From the NCBI GenBank assembly GCA_965250005.1, contig OZ252279.1, positions 810,001-842,000 on the forward strand: a DNA stretch of 32,000 nucleotides, written 5' to 3'. Within the stretch, counting starts at the first letter, position 1. Every line of letters starts with the position of its first letter. The DNA comes from Demequinaceae bacterium (GTDB lineage: Bacteria; Actinomycetota; Actinomycetes; Actinomycetales; Demequinaceae). The position numbers and the translations under genes were made by a program. Below, piece by piece: positions 15,414 through 24,688 of the stretch. A model generated the notes under the pieces. The model did no database searches. It saw nothing but the letters and a program-made list of their open reading frames with translations, and was not told where the DNA came from.

Positions 15414-17561
15414 TTACTCGCCCTGAGTCGCCTTGCCGTCGCCATCGGGCGCAGTCTGCTCGCCGTCGTGCGCATGATGCGCCTTCTCTGCGGCGGCCGC
15501 GATGCTTGCGAGCGTCGACTTCACTGCGGCGCGGCTCTCCTCTCGGTCGTCGAGCGCGTGGGTTTCACCACTGTCGGGCTCAACCTTCTTCTTGCCGGAG
15601 GCGCGCCCTTTGCGGCCCCGCTGGGGCTCTTGATCTGCTGTCTCGGCGACGGGCTCACCGTGAACAAGGAAGCCGCGGCCCTTGCAGTGTTCGCAGGTCT
15701 CCGAGAACGCCTCAACCAGGCCTTGGCCTACGCGTTTGCGCGTCATCTGGACCAGTCCAAGCGACGTGACTTCGGCCACCTGGTGCTTGGTGCGGTCGCG
15801 GCCGAGGCACTCGATGAGGCGTCGCAGTACGCGGTCGCGGTTGGCTTCGAGCAGCATGTCAACAAAGTCGATGACAATGATGCCGCCGATGTCGCGCAGC
15901 CGCAGTTGCCGAACGATCTCTTCAGCAGCCTCAAGGTTGTTGAGGGTCATAGTCTCTTCGAGAGTGCCGCCCTTGCCAACGAACTTCCCGGTGTTGACGT
16001 CGACCACGGTCATCGCCTCGGTACGGTCGATGACGAGCGATCCACCGGACGGCAGGAACACCTTGCGGGCCATCCCCTTCTGGAGCTGCTCGTCGATGCG
16101 CGACTCAGCAAACACATCCTTGTCGCCCACAAAGTGGTGCAGGCGCTCGACGAGGTCGGGCGCGACCTGACCCACGTAAGCGCTTAGCGAGTTCCACGTG
16201 TCCTGACCCTGGATTGTGAGCGAGTCGAAGTCTCCGTTGAAGATGTCGCGAATGACGCGTAGCGCCATGTCGGGCTCACCACGCAGCAGGACCGGAGCCT
16301 TGCCGGTCTTGGATTCCCGTTCGATGCCTTCCCACTGGCGCTTGAGGCGCTCAACATCCGCGCGTAACTCTTCTTCGCTCGCGCCCTCGGCTGCGGTGCG
16401 CACAATTACGCCCGCGCCCTCGGGAATCACTTCGCGCAGCAACTTCTTGAGGCGCATGCGCTCGGTGTCGGGGAGCTTGCGGCTGATGCCGGTCACACCG
16501 CCGCCAGGAACGAAGACCAGGAATCGCCCGGCAAGGGAGATCTGCGACGTCACGCGTGCGCCCTTGTGTCCGATCGGGTCCTTGGTTACTTGCACCATGA
16601 TGGCGTCGCCGGGCTTGAGCGCGAGCTCGATACGGCGCGGCTTGCCCTTCATTTCGGCGGCGTCCCAATTCACTTCACCGGCGTACAAGACGGCGTTGCG
16701 GCCTCGGCCTACGTCCACGAACGCAGCTTCCATCCCGGGCAGAACGTTCTGGACGCGCGCCATGTAGACGTTACCCGCCATGGATTGCTGTGCCTGGTGG
16801 GAGACGTAGTGCTCGACTAATACGTCGTCCTCAAGCACGGCGATTTGAACGCGGCTGTCGAGCTCGCGCACCACCATTGAGCGCTTGACGCTCTCGCGGC
16901 GCGCGAGGAACTCTGCCTCAGAGACGATGGGGCGGCGCGTCTCGCGGCCGTCCCTGCGGCGCTGACGCTTGGCCTGCAGTCGCGTCGAGCCAGCAAGTTG
17001 ATCTTCCCCGCCGCCCGATGCACTGCGGCCGCGTCCGCCGCGCCTACGGCGACGTGAGGTGGACTGACCGTCTCCGTCGTCATCATTCAAGTCGTCGGAC
17101 CCGGCGGCTTCGCCGCCACTGCTTCGCCCGCGACCGCGACCACCACGGCGGCGGCGCCTGCGCGTGCCGGGCTCAGCATCACCGTCCGCGTCGCTAGCGT
17201 CGCCTTCGCCACCAACGGCGTCTGACTGAGGCTCAGCCGCGGCTGATTTCTCCTCGGCCTTCTTCTTGGCCGGAGTCTTCTTTGCGGTTGACTTCTTGGC
17301 GGTGCGCTTTTCGGCAGCGGGCTTCTCGGCAGCGTCAGATTCTTTGGCCACCGCCTTCTTGCGCGGCGCCTTCTTCGCCACTGGCTTGTCAGCGTCGACC
17401 TTTGGCGGGCCAGCGGGCGCCGAGGCGCGACGCGACTTGGGTGCGGCAGCAGGTTCGGGGGCTTGGAATACCACGGAAGTGTCAGAGATTTCGGGTGTTG
17501 CGTTGTCCTCGCTCAAAGCGGGTACCTCGTGCCGGCGACGAACCACACTTCGCCCCGACAT
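15414..17561 (-). CDS. rne: Ribonuclease E/G family endoribonuclease with an Arg/Lys/Ala-rich N-terminal disordered region
   Basis: S1-like region ([23 protein letters not shown]), catalytic core (IVIDFVDM) and Zn-link CEHCKGRG. No clear SD precedes ATG 17561, so the start is uncertain. Confidence 0.9.
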   Translation of the reverse strand: MSGRSVVRRRHEVPALSEDNATPEISDTSVVFQAPEPAAAPKSRRASAPAGPPKVDADKPVAKKAPRKKAVAKESDAAEKPAAEKRTAKKSTAKKTPAKKKAEEKSAAAEPQSDAVGGEGDASDADGDAEPGTRRRRRRGGRGRGRSSGGEAAGSDDLNDDDGDGQSTSRRRRRGGRGRSASGGGEDQLAGSTRLQAKRQRRRDGRETRRPIVSEAEFLARRESVKRSMVVRELDSRVQIAVLEDDVLVEHYVSHQAQQSMAGNVYMARVQNVLPGMEAAFVDVGRGRNAVLYAGEVNWDAAEMKGKPRRIELALKPGDAIMVQVTKDPIGHKGARVTSQISLAGRFLVFVPGGGVTGISRKLPDTERMRLKKLLREVIPEGAGVIVRTAAEGASEEELRADVERLKRQWEGIERESKTGKAPVLLRGEPDMALRVIRDIFNGDFDSLTIQGQDTWNSLSAYVGQVAPDLVERLHHFVGDKDVFAESRIDEQLQKGMARKVFLPSGGSLVIDRTEAMTVVDVNTGKFVGKGGTLEETMTLNNLEAAEEIVRQLRLRDIGGIIVIDFVDMLLEANRDRVLRRLIECLGRDRTKHQVAEVTSLGLVQMTRKRVGQGLVEAFSETCEHCKGRGFLVHGEPVAETADQEPQRGRKGRASGKKKVEPDSGETHALDDREESRAAVKSTLASIAAAAEKAHHAHDGEQTAPDGDGKATQGE

Positions 17562-18066
17562 TTGTCGGTCGTGGTCCGCGAAATGCGGCCACGCAAGTCT
17601 CTAGGTCGCGGCTTACAACGGCGCCTCAGTGGCCTTGCTCCTGCCCCCGGATATCTCCCGCGGCTTTCCGTGGGGATCCTGCCGAGCAGGTGCCAATCTC
17701 AGTCGCTGCGTCTGTCGCACGGGTTACACGCGGTGTGGTTGCGTGTTGACCTCATGTCATTCTGCCATACCCGCGCACCGAAGCCTCGCTCTTGCGCACA
17801 ATATGGGCGACAGAAGTTGCTCGCTCCTGCGTCCCGGCAAAAGAGGTGCGGGAGGCTCCAGGCGCAGAAGCCACCGAGTCCCACTCAACTGACGTGATCG
17901 CCACGACTGCCGAGCGCCTCAAGCTCGACGGAAGCGGGGCATCGCGCGCTCACCTTTTCGCGATGCGGGCTCAACGCCGTAACGTGGAGATGATGACGCA
18001 CGATCACTTGATCGACAACATGGTCGATACGGGCGTTCACTATGGCTCACTGACTTGCGGAGGCGC

Positions 18067-19668
18067 ATGGCTGACTCGCTGAGTGACGCAATTATCGAAC
18101 TCAACGCCGAACTCGATCTACCAACCATGCTCAATCGATTCCTCGAAGTCTCGCTCGAACAGACACACGCCAGTTACGCCGCAATCAACGTGCTCGACGA
18201 AAGCGGAAACAGTGTCGAGTTCTACTTTCGTGGGATGGAGAAGTCGATCTGGGAGAGCATCGGTCGCGGCCCCAGCGCCGTGGGCGTGCTGGGCCGAATC
18301 CCGTCTCTGGGCACACTCGTGGTCGACGAGGTCACTGAACATCCTTCGTTTAGGGGCCTGCCGCCGGACCACCCGCCACTTGGCTCGTTCCTCGGGACGG
18401 CGCTGCGTGCACGGGACCACGTATTTGGCTATCTCTACCTCGCTAGCAAGGAGGGCGGCTTTTCCGGGCACGACGAGACGGTGGTGCGCGCCCTCGCGGC
18501 GGCCGCATCTGTCGCGATTGACAACTCGACGCTGTATTCGAGCGCTCTCGAACGCGAACGATGGCTCGCGGCATCACAAGACATCACGACCACCCTGCTC
18601 GCGGATCCGGGCGATGAAGCGGCGCTCGGGCGCATCGTGGAGTCCGCGCTCGAGTTGGGCCAGGCGTCCGCCGCAACGCTAGTGCTGCCGGGCCTCGGCG
18701 ATGAGTGGGTGATGGAGTTTACGGTTGGCACGCACGCAGATGAAATGCTGGGCCTCGTGCTACCCGACGGCGGACGGGCACTCGAGGCGATCCACGCGGG
18801 GCAGGGAACCGTCGCGCTTGAGCCACCCGGTGAGGTCATCCTCGAGCCGATCCGCGACTTCGGCCCCGCGCTCTACGCTCCACTGCGCGCGGAAATGCGG
18901 ACCGTCGGACTGCTCATGCTGTGGCGAGAGAGGGGGCGGCCGCCGTTCGCAGACGCAGATCTCGCAACGGCTCAACTCTTCGCTGACCAAGCGGCGCTTG
19001 CCCTGTCGATCGCCGAACTGCGGCACATCCGCAACGTGTCTGCACTCCACGAGGACCGCAAGCGCATCGCCGATGATCTCCATGACCTGGTTTCCCAAGA
19101 ATTGTTCGCCGCAGCGATGCAGTTGGAGCATGTCCTCGATCAGGCCCCCGAAGACCTCAAACAGTTGATCACGAGCACTATCGACCATGTGGGTCGGGCG
19201 CAACGCGACGTCCGCGGCGTGGTTTCATCGCTCGCCGACGAACGCGCCGCCGAGCCTCTCACGGAGCGCGTGCGTCGCGAGATCGTCCTCGCGCAGCCGT
19301 CCCTCGGGTTGATTCCCGACGTCCGAATTAGCCAGAACGGGATCCCCGCGGAGGTCGAAGCCGACAGCGGTCTAGCAGACGACGTTGTCGCTGTGATCCG
19401 AGAGGGTCTGGCGAACGTCGCTCGGCACGCACACGCGACGTCAGCGTCCGTGGCCGTCGCAGCAAATGGCGATCACATCGAGGTGGTCGTCACAGACGAC
19501 GGCGTAGGCCCTCCCGCCGAGCTCGACCGTCACAGCGGCACCGCGAACTTGGCGAATCGATCTTTGCGCAGAGCCGGCACCTTTTCTCTCGAACCGGGTT
19601 CGGGTGACGCCCCGAAGCGAGGTTCGGTGATGCGCTGGACGGCTCGTTGGCGCGACCACAACGCCTGA
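18067..19668 (+). CDS. Cytoplasmic GAF-GAF sensor histidine kinase, DevS/DosT-like (HisKA_3 + HATPase)
   Basis: No TM segment. The first GAF aligns from memory with DevS GAF-A: HPSFRGLPPDHPPLGSFLGTALRARDHVFGYLYLASK versus [37 protein letters not shown]. H-box: HEDRKRIADDLHDLVSQELF. N-box: EGLANVARHA. G1: DDGVG. ATG 18067 follows GGAGG. The track start at 18055 is TTG. Confidence 0.85.
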   Translation: MADSLSDAIIELNAELDLPTMLNRFLEVSLEQTHASYAAINVLDESGNSVEFYFRGMEKSIWESIGRGPSAVGVLGRIPSLGTLVVDEVTEHPSFRGLPPDHPPLGSFLGTALRARDHVFGYLYLASKEGGFSGHDETVVRALAAAASVAIDNSTLYSSALERERWLAASQDITTTLLADPGDEAALGRIVESALELGQASAATLVLPGLGDEWVMEFTVGTHADEMLGLVLPDGGRALEAIHAGQGTVALEPPGEVILEPIRDFGPALYAPLRAEMRTVGLLMLWRERGRPPFADADLATAQLFADQAALALSIAELRHIRNVSALHEDRKRIADDLHDLVSQELFAAAMQLEHVLDQAPEDLKQLITSTIDHVGRAQRDVRGVVSSLADERAAEPLTERVRREIVLAQPSLGLIPDVRISQNGIPAEVEADSGLADDVVAVIREGLANVARHAHATSASVAVAANGDHIEVVVTDDGVGPPAELDRHSGTANLANRSLRRAGTFSLEPGSGDAPKRGSVMRWTARWRDHNA

Positions 19669-19675
19669 CAGAGCG

Positions 19676-20293
19676 CTAGGCGCGAAACGACCCGGCGCGC
19701 TTGGCGGTTGCCCACGCGACTACCTGAGTGCGCCGCTGAAACCCCATTTTGGCGAGCACGGCGGTGACGTGGTTCTTCACGGTCTTCTCGGCGATCCCGA
19801 GGCCCTCCGCGATTTCGCGGTTCGAGTTAGATTGGCCCACGAGTTCGAGCACGCGCAGTTCCATCGGCGTGAGACGAGACAGGACCGCATCCTCACCCAC
19901 CTTGATTCGCGTGGCGGAGATGCGGCCCGCGGCGGCGTCCCGCACAGCCTGCAGAACCTCGGCGGACTTGGCGGTCTTGGGCACAAAGCCATGGGCGCCC
20001 GCGGCTTTGGCCGCCGCCCGCGCCTCGTCGTCGTCATAGGACGTCAGGACCACAATGCGTGTCTCCGGCAGCTTCTCAGCAACATGCGCGATGACGTCCA
20101 GCCCCGTTCCGTCGGGAAGACGCAAGTCGGAAAGGATTACTTGGGGCTTTACGGCCTCGGCGCGGCGAATGGCCTGGGCCACGTCGCCAGCCTCTGCGAC
20201 CACTTGGATCCCGTCGGCGCGATCAAGAATATCGCAGATGCCGCGGCGCACTACCTCGTGGTCGTCCAGAACAAGAACAGTGATGTCTGCCAT
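19676..20293 (-). CDS. NarL/LuxR-family response regulator, DosR/DevR-like
   Basis: Receiver domain: VLVLDDHEVVRRG, SDLRLPDGTG, VLTSY, FVPK. C-terminal HTH: LTPMELRVLELVGQSNSNREIAEGLGIAEKTVKNHV. The start lies 9 nt after the mutM stop. Confidence 0.9.
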   Translation of the reverse strand: MADITVLVLDDHEVVRRGICDILDRADGIQVVAEAGDVAQAIRRAEAVKPQVILSDLRLPDGTGLDVIAHVAEKLPETRIVVLTSYDDDEARAAAKAAGAHGFVPKTAKSAEVLQAVRDAAAGRISATRIKVGEDAVLSRLTPMELRVLELVGQSNSNREIAEGLGIAEKTVKNHVTAVLAKMGFQRRTQVVAWATAKRAGSFRA

Positions 20294-20302
20294 AGGTCGA
20301 TG

Positions 20303-21292
20303 TTACTCGGCTGGCGCGCCGGCACGGGTATTGGCGCCAACCGCGACGCTACGAGTGCGCCACGCACGCTGACACCGGGGGCACCAGTGCGTGCCTCGGC
20401 CGCCGATTCGCTCACGTGCGATCAACCCGCCACACCGACCGCACGGCTCACCCGCGCGGCCGTAGGCACTGAGCTCCCTGGCGAAGTAGCCGGACTCGCC
20501 GTTGACGTTCACGTAGAGCGCGTCGAAGCTGGTCCCTCCTAGCAGGACGGCCGCGGACATTACCTTGCGGAGCGCCCCGAGTAAGTCCGCTGCTTGCTGC
20601 GAGGCGAGCGCGCTCGCTGGACGTTCGGGGTGGATTCGCGCACGCCACAGCGCCTCGTCCGCGTAGATGTTGCCCACACCGGAAACCACGGTCTGGTCGA
20701 GCAAAACCTGTTTGATCCCTCGCCTGCCCCGCCGCAGCGCACGCATAGTGCTCGGAGTGTCGAGCGCGGGATCGAGAACGTCGCGAGCGATATGCGCCAC
20801 CGAAGCCGGGACTCGTGCCTGCTCGGTTCCTACTCCTCCCGCGCCTGCGTCCGGCGTCGGGACCAGCGGCTCAACGTTCAGGTATCCGAAGGTCCGCTGG
20901 TCGAGGAAGTCGACCGTGAGTTGCTTCCGCCTGAGCGACAGGTACAGCCTGGCCCGGCAGTGGGCGTGCGGCTCTGGCGCATCGTCCTGGCCAGCGCGGT
21001 GGACTCGGAATTGTCCAGACATGCCCAGGTGTGCTGACAGCGCGTCAACGGGCTCGCGCTGGCCAGCATCGTCCACCGCTGCGTCGTCGTCCAATGCGAG
21101 CCACAGGAACTTTCCACGACGGGCGACCGAGGCGACCGACATTCCAGTCAGGGCCGCGGAGAATTCTGCCGGACCTCCCGGCAGCAAGCGAACGCAAGAA
21201 TCGCGAAATACCTCGACCCCGTTGATCGTCGCTCCGCGCACCACGCGCTCGAGTCCGCGCCTGATCGTCTCGACCTCAGGCAACTCAGGCAT
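20303..21292 (-). CDS. mutM: Formamidopyrimidine-DNA glycosylase
   Basis: MPELPEVE N-terminus, which requires the start at ATG 21292 so that Pro is residue 2. C-terminal zinc finger CGRCGGLI...HWCPRCQ. It lies downstream of rnc, as is usual in actinobacteria. Confidence 0.9.
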   Translation of the reverse strand: MPELPEVETIRRGLERVVRGATINGVEVFRDSCVRLLPGGPAEFSAALTGMSVASVARRGKFLWLALDDDAAVDDAGQREPVDALSAHLGMSGQFRVHRAGQDDAPEPHAHCRARLYLSLRRKQLTVDFLDQRTFGYLNVEPLVPTPDAGAGGVGTEQARVPASVAHIARDVLDPALDTPSTMRALRRGRRGIKQVLLDQTVVSGVGNIYADEALWRARIHPERPASALASQQAADLLGALRKVMSAAVLLGGTSFDALYVNVNGESGYFARELSAYGRAGEPCGRCGGLIARERIGGRGTHWCPRCQRAWRTRSVAVGANTRAGAPAE

Positions 21293-21334
21293 TCGCACTC
21301 CCATTCCTTGGGACGTCCCTCGCGGGAGCCGCGG

Positions 21335-22045
21335 TCACGAACTAGCTGTATCCGCCGACGTGAGCGACAGGTACGCCTCTTCAGCCGCGGCCTGCTCTGC
21401 ATACTTCTTGGCGCTTCCCTTGCCCGAGCCGCGTGGCTCACCCGAGAGCACCACGGTCGCTACGAACATGCGCGAATGGTCGGGCCCCTCACCTGCGACT
21501 TCGTACACTGGGACGCCAAGGCCGCGCTCGGCCGACGCCTCCTGAAGAGACGTCTTCCAGTCGAGGCCGGCGCCGGTGGAGGCCGCGCGTTCGAGCGCCG
21601 GCCCCACGAGCCGCAGTACCAGGTCTCGAGAAGCCTCAATGCCGTGTGACATGTAGACCGCACCCAGGACGGCCTCGAAGGCGTCGCACAGAATCGAGTC
21701 TTTGTCTGAGCCGCCCGTGGCTGTCTCACCTTTGCCAAGCAGGATACATTCGCCGAGCCGGATTTCCCGAGCAATCTGGGCGAGCGCGCGCTGCGAGACG
21801 CAAGCTGCGCGCATTTTCGCAAGGTCGCCCTCAGGCAGATCGGGATGATCACGGTACAGCTTGTCCGTCACCACAACGCCGAGAACCGAGTCGCCCAAAA
21901 ACTCGAGGCGCTCGTTGGTGGGCAGTCCGCCCGCTTCGTAGGCAAACGACCGGTGGGTCAACGACAGCACCAGGAACTCGGGGTCGATGGATACGCCCAA
22001 GCGTCCGAGGAGGGCCTTGGCGGCATCCTCTCCGGGAATGGTCAC
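21335..22045 (-). CDS. rnc: Ribonuclease III
   Basis: [13 protein letters not shown] signature and a C-terminal dsRBD ([13 protein letters not shown]...[19 protein letters not shown]). GTG start follows GAGGCG. Confidence 0.95.
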   Translation of the reverse strand: MTIPGEDAAKALLGRLGVSIDPEFLVLSLTHRSFAYEAGGLPTNERLEFLGDSVLGVVVTDKLYRDHPDLPEGDLAKMRAACVSQRALAQIAREIRLGECILLGKGETATGGSDKDSILCDAFEAVLGAVYMSHGIEASRDLVLRLVGPALERAASTGAGLDWKTSLQEASAERGLGVPVYEVAGEGPDHSRMFVATVVLSGEPRGSGKGSAKKYAEQAAAEEAYLSLTSADTASS

Positions 22046-22069
22046 AGCAATCGCCTCGCGGCTACTGGC

Positions 22070-22264
22070 CTACTGCTCGTGCTCGGTGCGAACGGCCTCT
22101 GCGTACTGGCGGCCGTTGTATGCACCGCACGCGGGGCACGCGGTGTGACCGAGCTTGTCGGCCTTGCACTGCGGACACTTGACGAGGGTCGCGGAAGTGG
22201 TCTTCCACTGCGAACGGCGCGCGCGCGTGTTGCTGCGCGACATCTTGCGCTTCGGAACTGCCAC
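22070..22264 (-). CDS. rpmF: 50S ribosomal protein L32
   Basis: (M)AVPKRKMSRSNTRARRSQWK...CPQC...CPACG. GTG 22264 follows AAAGAGAG. The longer track ORF is an upstream read-in. Confidence 0.92.
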   Translation of the reverse strand: MAVPKRKMSRSNTRARRSQWKTTSATLVKCPQCKADKLGHTACPACGAYNGRQYAEAVRTEHEQ

Positions 22265-22266
22265 GG

Positions 22267-22842
22267 CTAACTCTCTTTCGTTTCGGTCGAATCTTGACCG
22301 TCTATCAATGAACCGAGGGCCGACCACCGGGGGTCGATCTCGTCGTGCTTGTGATCCGGGTCTTCCGCAAGCCGCGCGCCGCATCGGTCGCACAGCCCTG
22401 GGCAATCCGGGGCGCATAGCGGGGTGAATGGTAGTGATGTTACTACGGCGTCCCGCACCACTTCTTCAACGTCGAGATTCTCGCCGTCGAAGTCGTGGAG
22501 ATCCACCTGGTTTTCGTCCTCGTCCTCGCGCTCAATGTCGGGGTAGTAGAACAGGCCTTGAACCAGCGCCGCCACCCCAATAGTGACCGCGTCCAGGCAA
22601 CGCCCGCACTCCCCCGTCGCTGTGCCGGCGACGGTTCCGGAGATCCAGATACCGTCTGACACGGACTCGAGGCTCACCTCAAGTTTGAGTTCCGCGCCCT
22701 TCGGCACGCCGATCACGTCGGTGCCAATGACCTCGGGGGCCGGGAAACTACTGGAGTAGGACCTCTGCGTGCCGGGCCGGCGCGCGAGATCCCTTGCAGA
22801 GATCACAAATGGCAACTCTGCAGAACTGTGCGACTTGGGCAT
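22267..22842 (-). CDS. yceD: YceD/DUF177 family protein (large-subunit rRNA accumulation protein)
   Basis: It is in the canonical position immediately upstream of rpmF. It has the CGRCL...CxxxCxGLCxxCG pattern (GECGRCLD...CAPDCPGLCDRCGARL). GGAGGGG precedes ATG 22842. Confidence 0.85.
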   Translation of the reverse strand: MPKSHSSAELPFVISARDLARRPGTQRSYSSSFPAPEVIGTDVIGVPKGAELKLEVSLESVSDGIWISGTVAGTATGECGRCLDAVTIGVAALVQGLFYYPDIEREDEDENQVDLHDFDGENLDVEEVVRDAVVTSLPFTPLCAPDCPGLCDRCGARLAEDPDHKHDEIDPRWSALGSLIDGQDSTETKES

Positions 22843-22958
22843 CGCCCCTCCAGTGAATCCTCGGTCCTCAGGGACCTTGGCCGGCCACGATCAGCAGGAC
22901 CAGCGCACGAGTCTACGCGATGCTTGAGGCGTTGCCCAACTCGCGCGGGCGCGCGGCG

Positions 22959-23441
22959 CTATTCGTGGGCGAGCGCCTTGAGAACGACGGGCTCAACGTC
23001 CGGAGGCACCAGGTGCTTGATGGATCCACCGTGCCGTGCCACGTCCCTCACGAGCGACGAGGCGATATGGCTGAGAGCGTTGTCGCCCGTGACGAAGACG
23101 GTCTCGATCCCCGTCAGCGAACGGTTCATGAGCGCCATGGGCCGCTCGAAGTCGTAGTCTGCGCCTCCGCGCAGTCCCTTGACGATTGCCGTGGCATTCT
23201 CCGACTGGCAAAACTCCACGAGCAGGCCCTCCGTGGACATCACCTCAACACCGTCGATGTGTGCCATCGCCCGCTGTGCGAGCGCGACGCGCGCGGGCGC
23301 ATCGAGCAGCGGAGTCTTGGTGGAATTGTGGGCTACCGCCACGATCACGCGATCAAATAGCGAGCGGGCACGCAGGACAATGTCGACGTGACCCAGGGTG
23401 ACGGGATCGAACGTACCCGGAAATACGGCTGTTGTACTCAT
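22959..23441 (-). CDS. coaD: Phosphopantetheine adenylyltransferase
   Basis: AVFPGTFDPVTLGHVDIV...ISSSLVR-like IASSLVRDV. Confidence 0.95.
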   Translation of the reverse strand: MSTTAVFPGTFDPVTLGHVDIVLRARSLFDRVIVAVAHNSTKTPLLDAPARVALAQRAMAHIDGVEVMSTEGLLVEFCQSENATAIVKGLRGGADYDFERPMALMNRSLTGIETVFVTGDNALSHIASSLVRDVARHGGSIKHLVPPDVEPVVLKALAHE

Positions 23442-23482
23442 GGCTCGACACTACAAGCCTTTGCGCGCTGACCGAAGGGGCG

Positions 23483-23980
23483 CTAGCCGCGCGAGTTGAT
23501 GGCGATCCAGCTAGCGGCGACGTCGGCCGCTGTCACCTTGAGGCTGCCTCCCGAGAACTCAATCTCGTGCACGCATCCCCTGGCGTGCGGGTACATGCGG
23601 TCGCTCAAACTCCGGCCAAGTACCGTTGCTGCCGTGGCAGGAGTTACCGCCTCTTGGGTATCGCCGGTCGCCTCACCGAATCTCACGTCCACCAAGCCGT
23701 AATAGGTCAGCACGATGTCCTGGGAGTGAACCTGAGGGTACCCGCGCATCAGCAGTTCGGCAGCGGTTCCGCCCTCGTATTCGTGAATGGTGATTCTACC
23801 GAAGCGGTGGTTACGAATGGGGTCCGTGGACATGTCGAAGCGTCCCGGGAGGCTCGCAAGTCGGTGCGCGTGCTCGGGTAGACCCGTCGCGTCGGCGCGC
23901 AGGCGCGCCGCATCCGCGTCTGACTCCTCCAACTGAGGAACCGACATCGGCCCATCTGCCGATGGGTGAATATCAATCAT
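23483..23980 (-). CDS. Hypothetical protein (165 aa), no family recognised
   Basis: It is on the same strand as its neighbours. ATG 23980 follows GGGGAGA. Composition is protein-like (ITIHEYEGGTAAELLMRGYPQVHSQDIVLTYYGLVDVRFGE). The upstream ATG 24010 adds only 10 residues. Confidence 0.6.
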   Translation of the reverse strand: MIDIHPSADGPMSVPQLEESDADAARLRADATGLPEHAHRLASLPGRFDMSTDPIRNHRFGRITIHEYEGGTAAELLMRGYPQVHSQDIVLTYYGLVDVRFGEATGDTQEAVTPATAATVLGRSLSDRMYPHARGCVHEIEFSGGSLKVTAADVAASWIAINSRG

Positions 23981-24118
23981 CTTCTTATCTCCCCGATACC
24001 CGGAGCGCACAGCACCCCACCATCACTCTCTAGGAAGATAACGCCCGCCGCTAGCCCCAGGTGCCCAAAGGGCCTGTGATCTTCATCACTCGGCCCCTAC
24101 GCGGCGCAACACCAATCG

Positions 24119-24688
24119 CTACGCCCAGGCGTCTGCCGCCTCGCCTGCGCCCGCATAGTGAACTGTGGTCGCGCCATACTTCTTGGACGCATCACCGACG
24201 ATGCCGCCCGGCCACGGCGGCGTTCCGGCACGGGTGGACCATTCGAGTACGACACGAGCTCCATCCTCAAGGCGAGGGGCGAGTGCCTCGAGCACGATCG
24301 CGAGCTCCGAGCGCGGGATGTCGTACGGCGGATCAAGTAGCGCGAGCGTGAATCGGCCTGTAGCGCGATCAAGAAATCGCTCGACCGTGTCTCGGAAAAC
24401 CGTGCACCTGGCGGCAACGTCGAGGGCGCCCGCGTTAGTCTGGACGACGCTCGCCGCGGGCCCTGCTGACTCGACGAACGTGACGTGTTGAGCCCCCCGA
24501 CTGAGCGCCTCCAGGCCGAGGGCGCCCGAGCCCGCGTAGGCGTCCAACACCACACCGCCGCGCAGGACGTCCTCGTGGTCGAGGCGGCTAAATATCGCCT
24601 CGCGCACACGGTCCGTCGTCGGGCGCGTGCCTTTGGCCGGCACCGCGATACGGCGCCCACCGTACGAGCCGGCGATGATGCGAGTCAT
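24119..24688 (-). CDS. rsmD: 16S rRNA (guanine966-N2)-methyltransferase
   Basis: MTRIIAGSYGGRRIAVPAKGTRPTTDRVREAIFS...DAYAGSGALGLEALSRGA...LLDPPY. Confidence 0.92.
   Translation of the reverse strand: MTRIIAGSYGGRRIAVPAKGTRPTTDRVREAIFSRLDHEDVLRGGVVLDAYAGSGALGLEALSRGAQHVTFVESAGPAASVVQTNAGALDVAARCTVFRDTVERFLDRATGRFTLALLDPPYDIPRSELAIVLEALAPRLEDGARVVLEWSTRAGTPPWPGGIVGDASKKYGATTVHYAGAGEAADAWA

Noticed and set aside
17562-18066. A search by eye for a DosR-type box (GGGACT..AGTCCC palindrome) upstream of the kinase.
   Set aside because: Only an isolated AGTCCC half-site (around 17878) was seen, without the partner half.
17792-18082. A 96-aa plus-strand ORF in the rne-kinase intergenic region.
   Set aside because: I saw no SD or start context. 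The composition is unconvincing, and the ORF runs into the kinase start in another frame. It is more likely leader or promoter DNA.
20667-21545. A 292-aa plus-strand ORF.
   Set aside because: It is antisense to mutM and the 3' end of rnc and is a shadow ORF.
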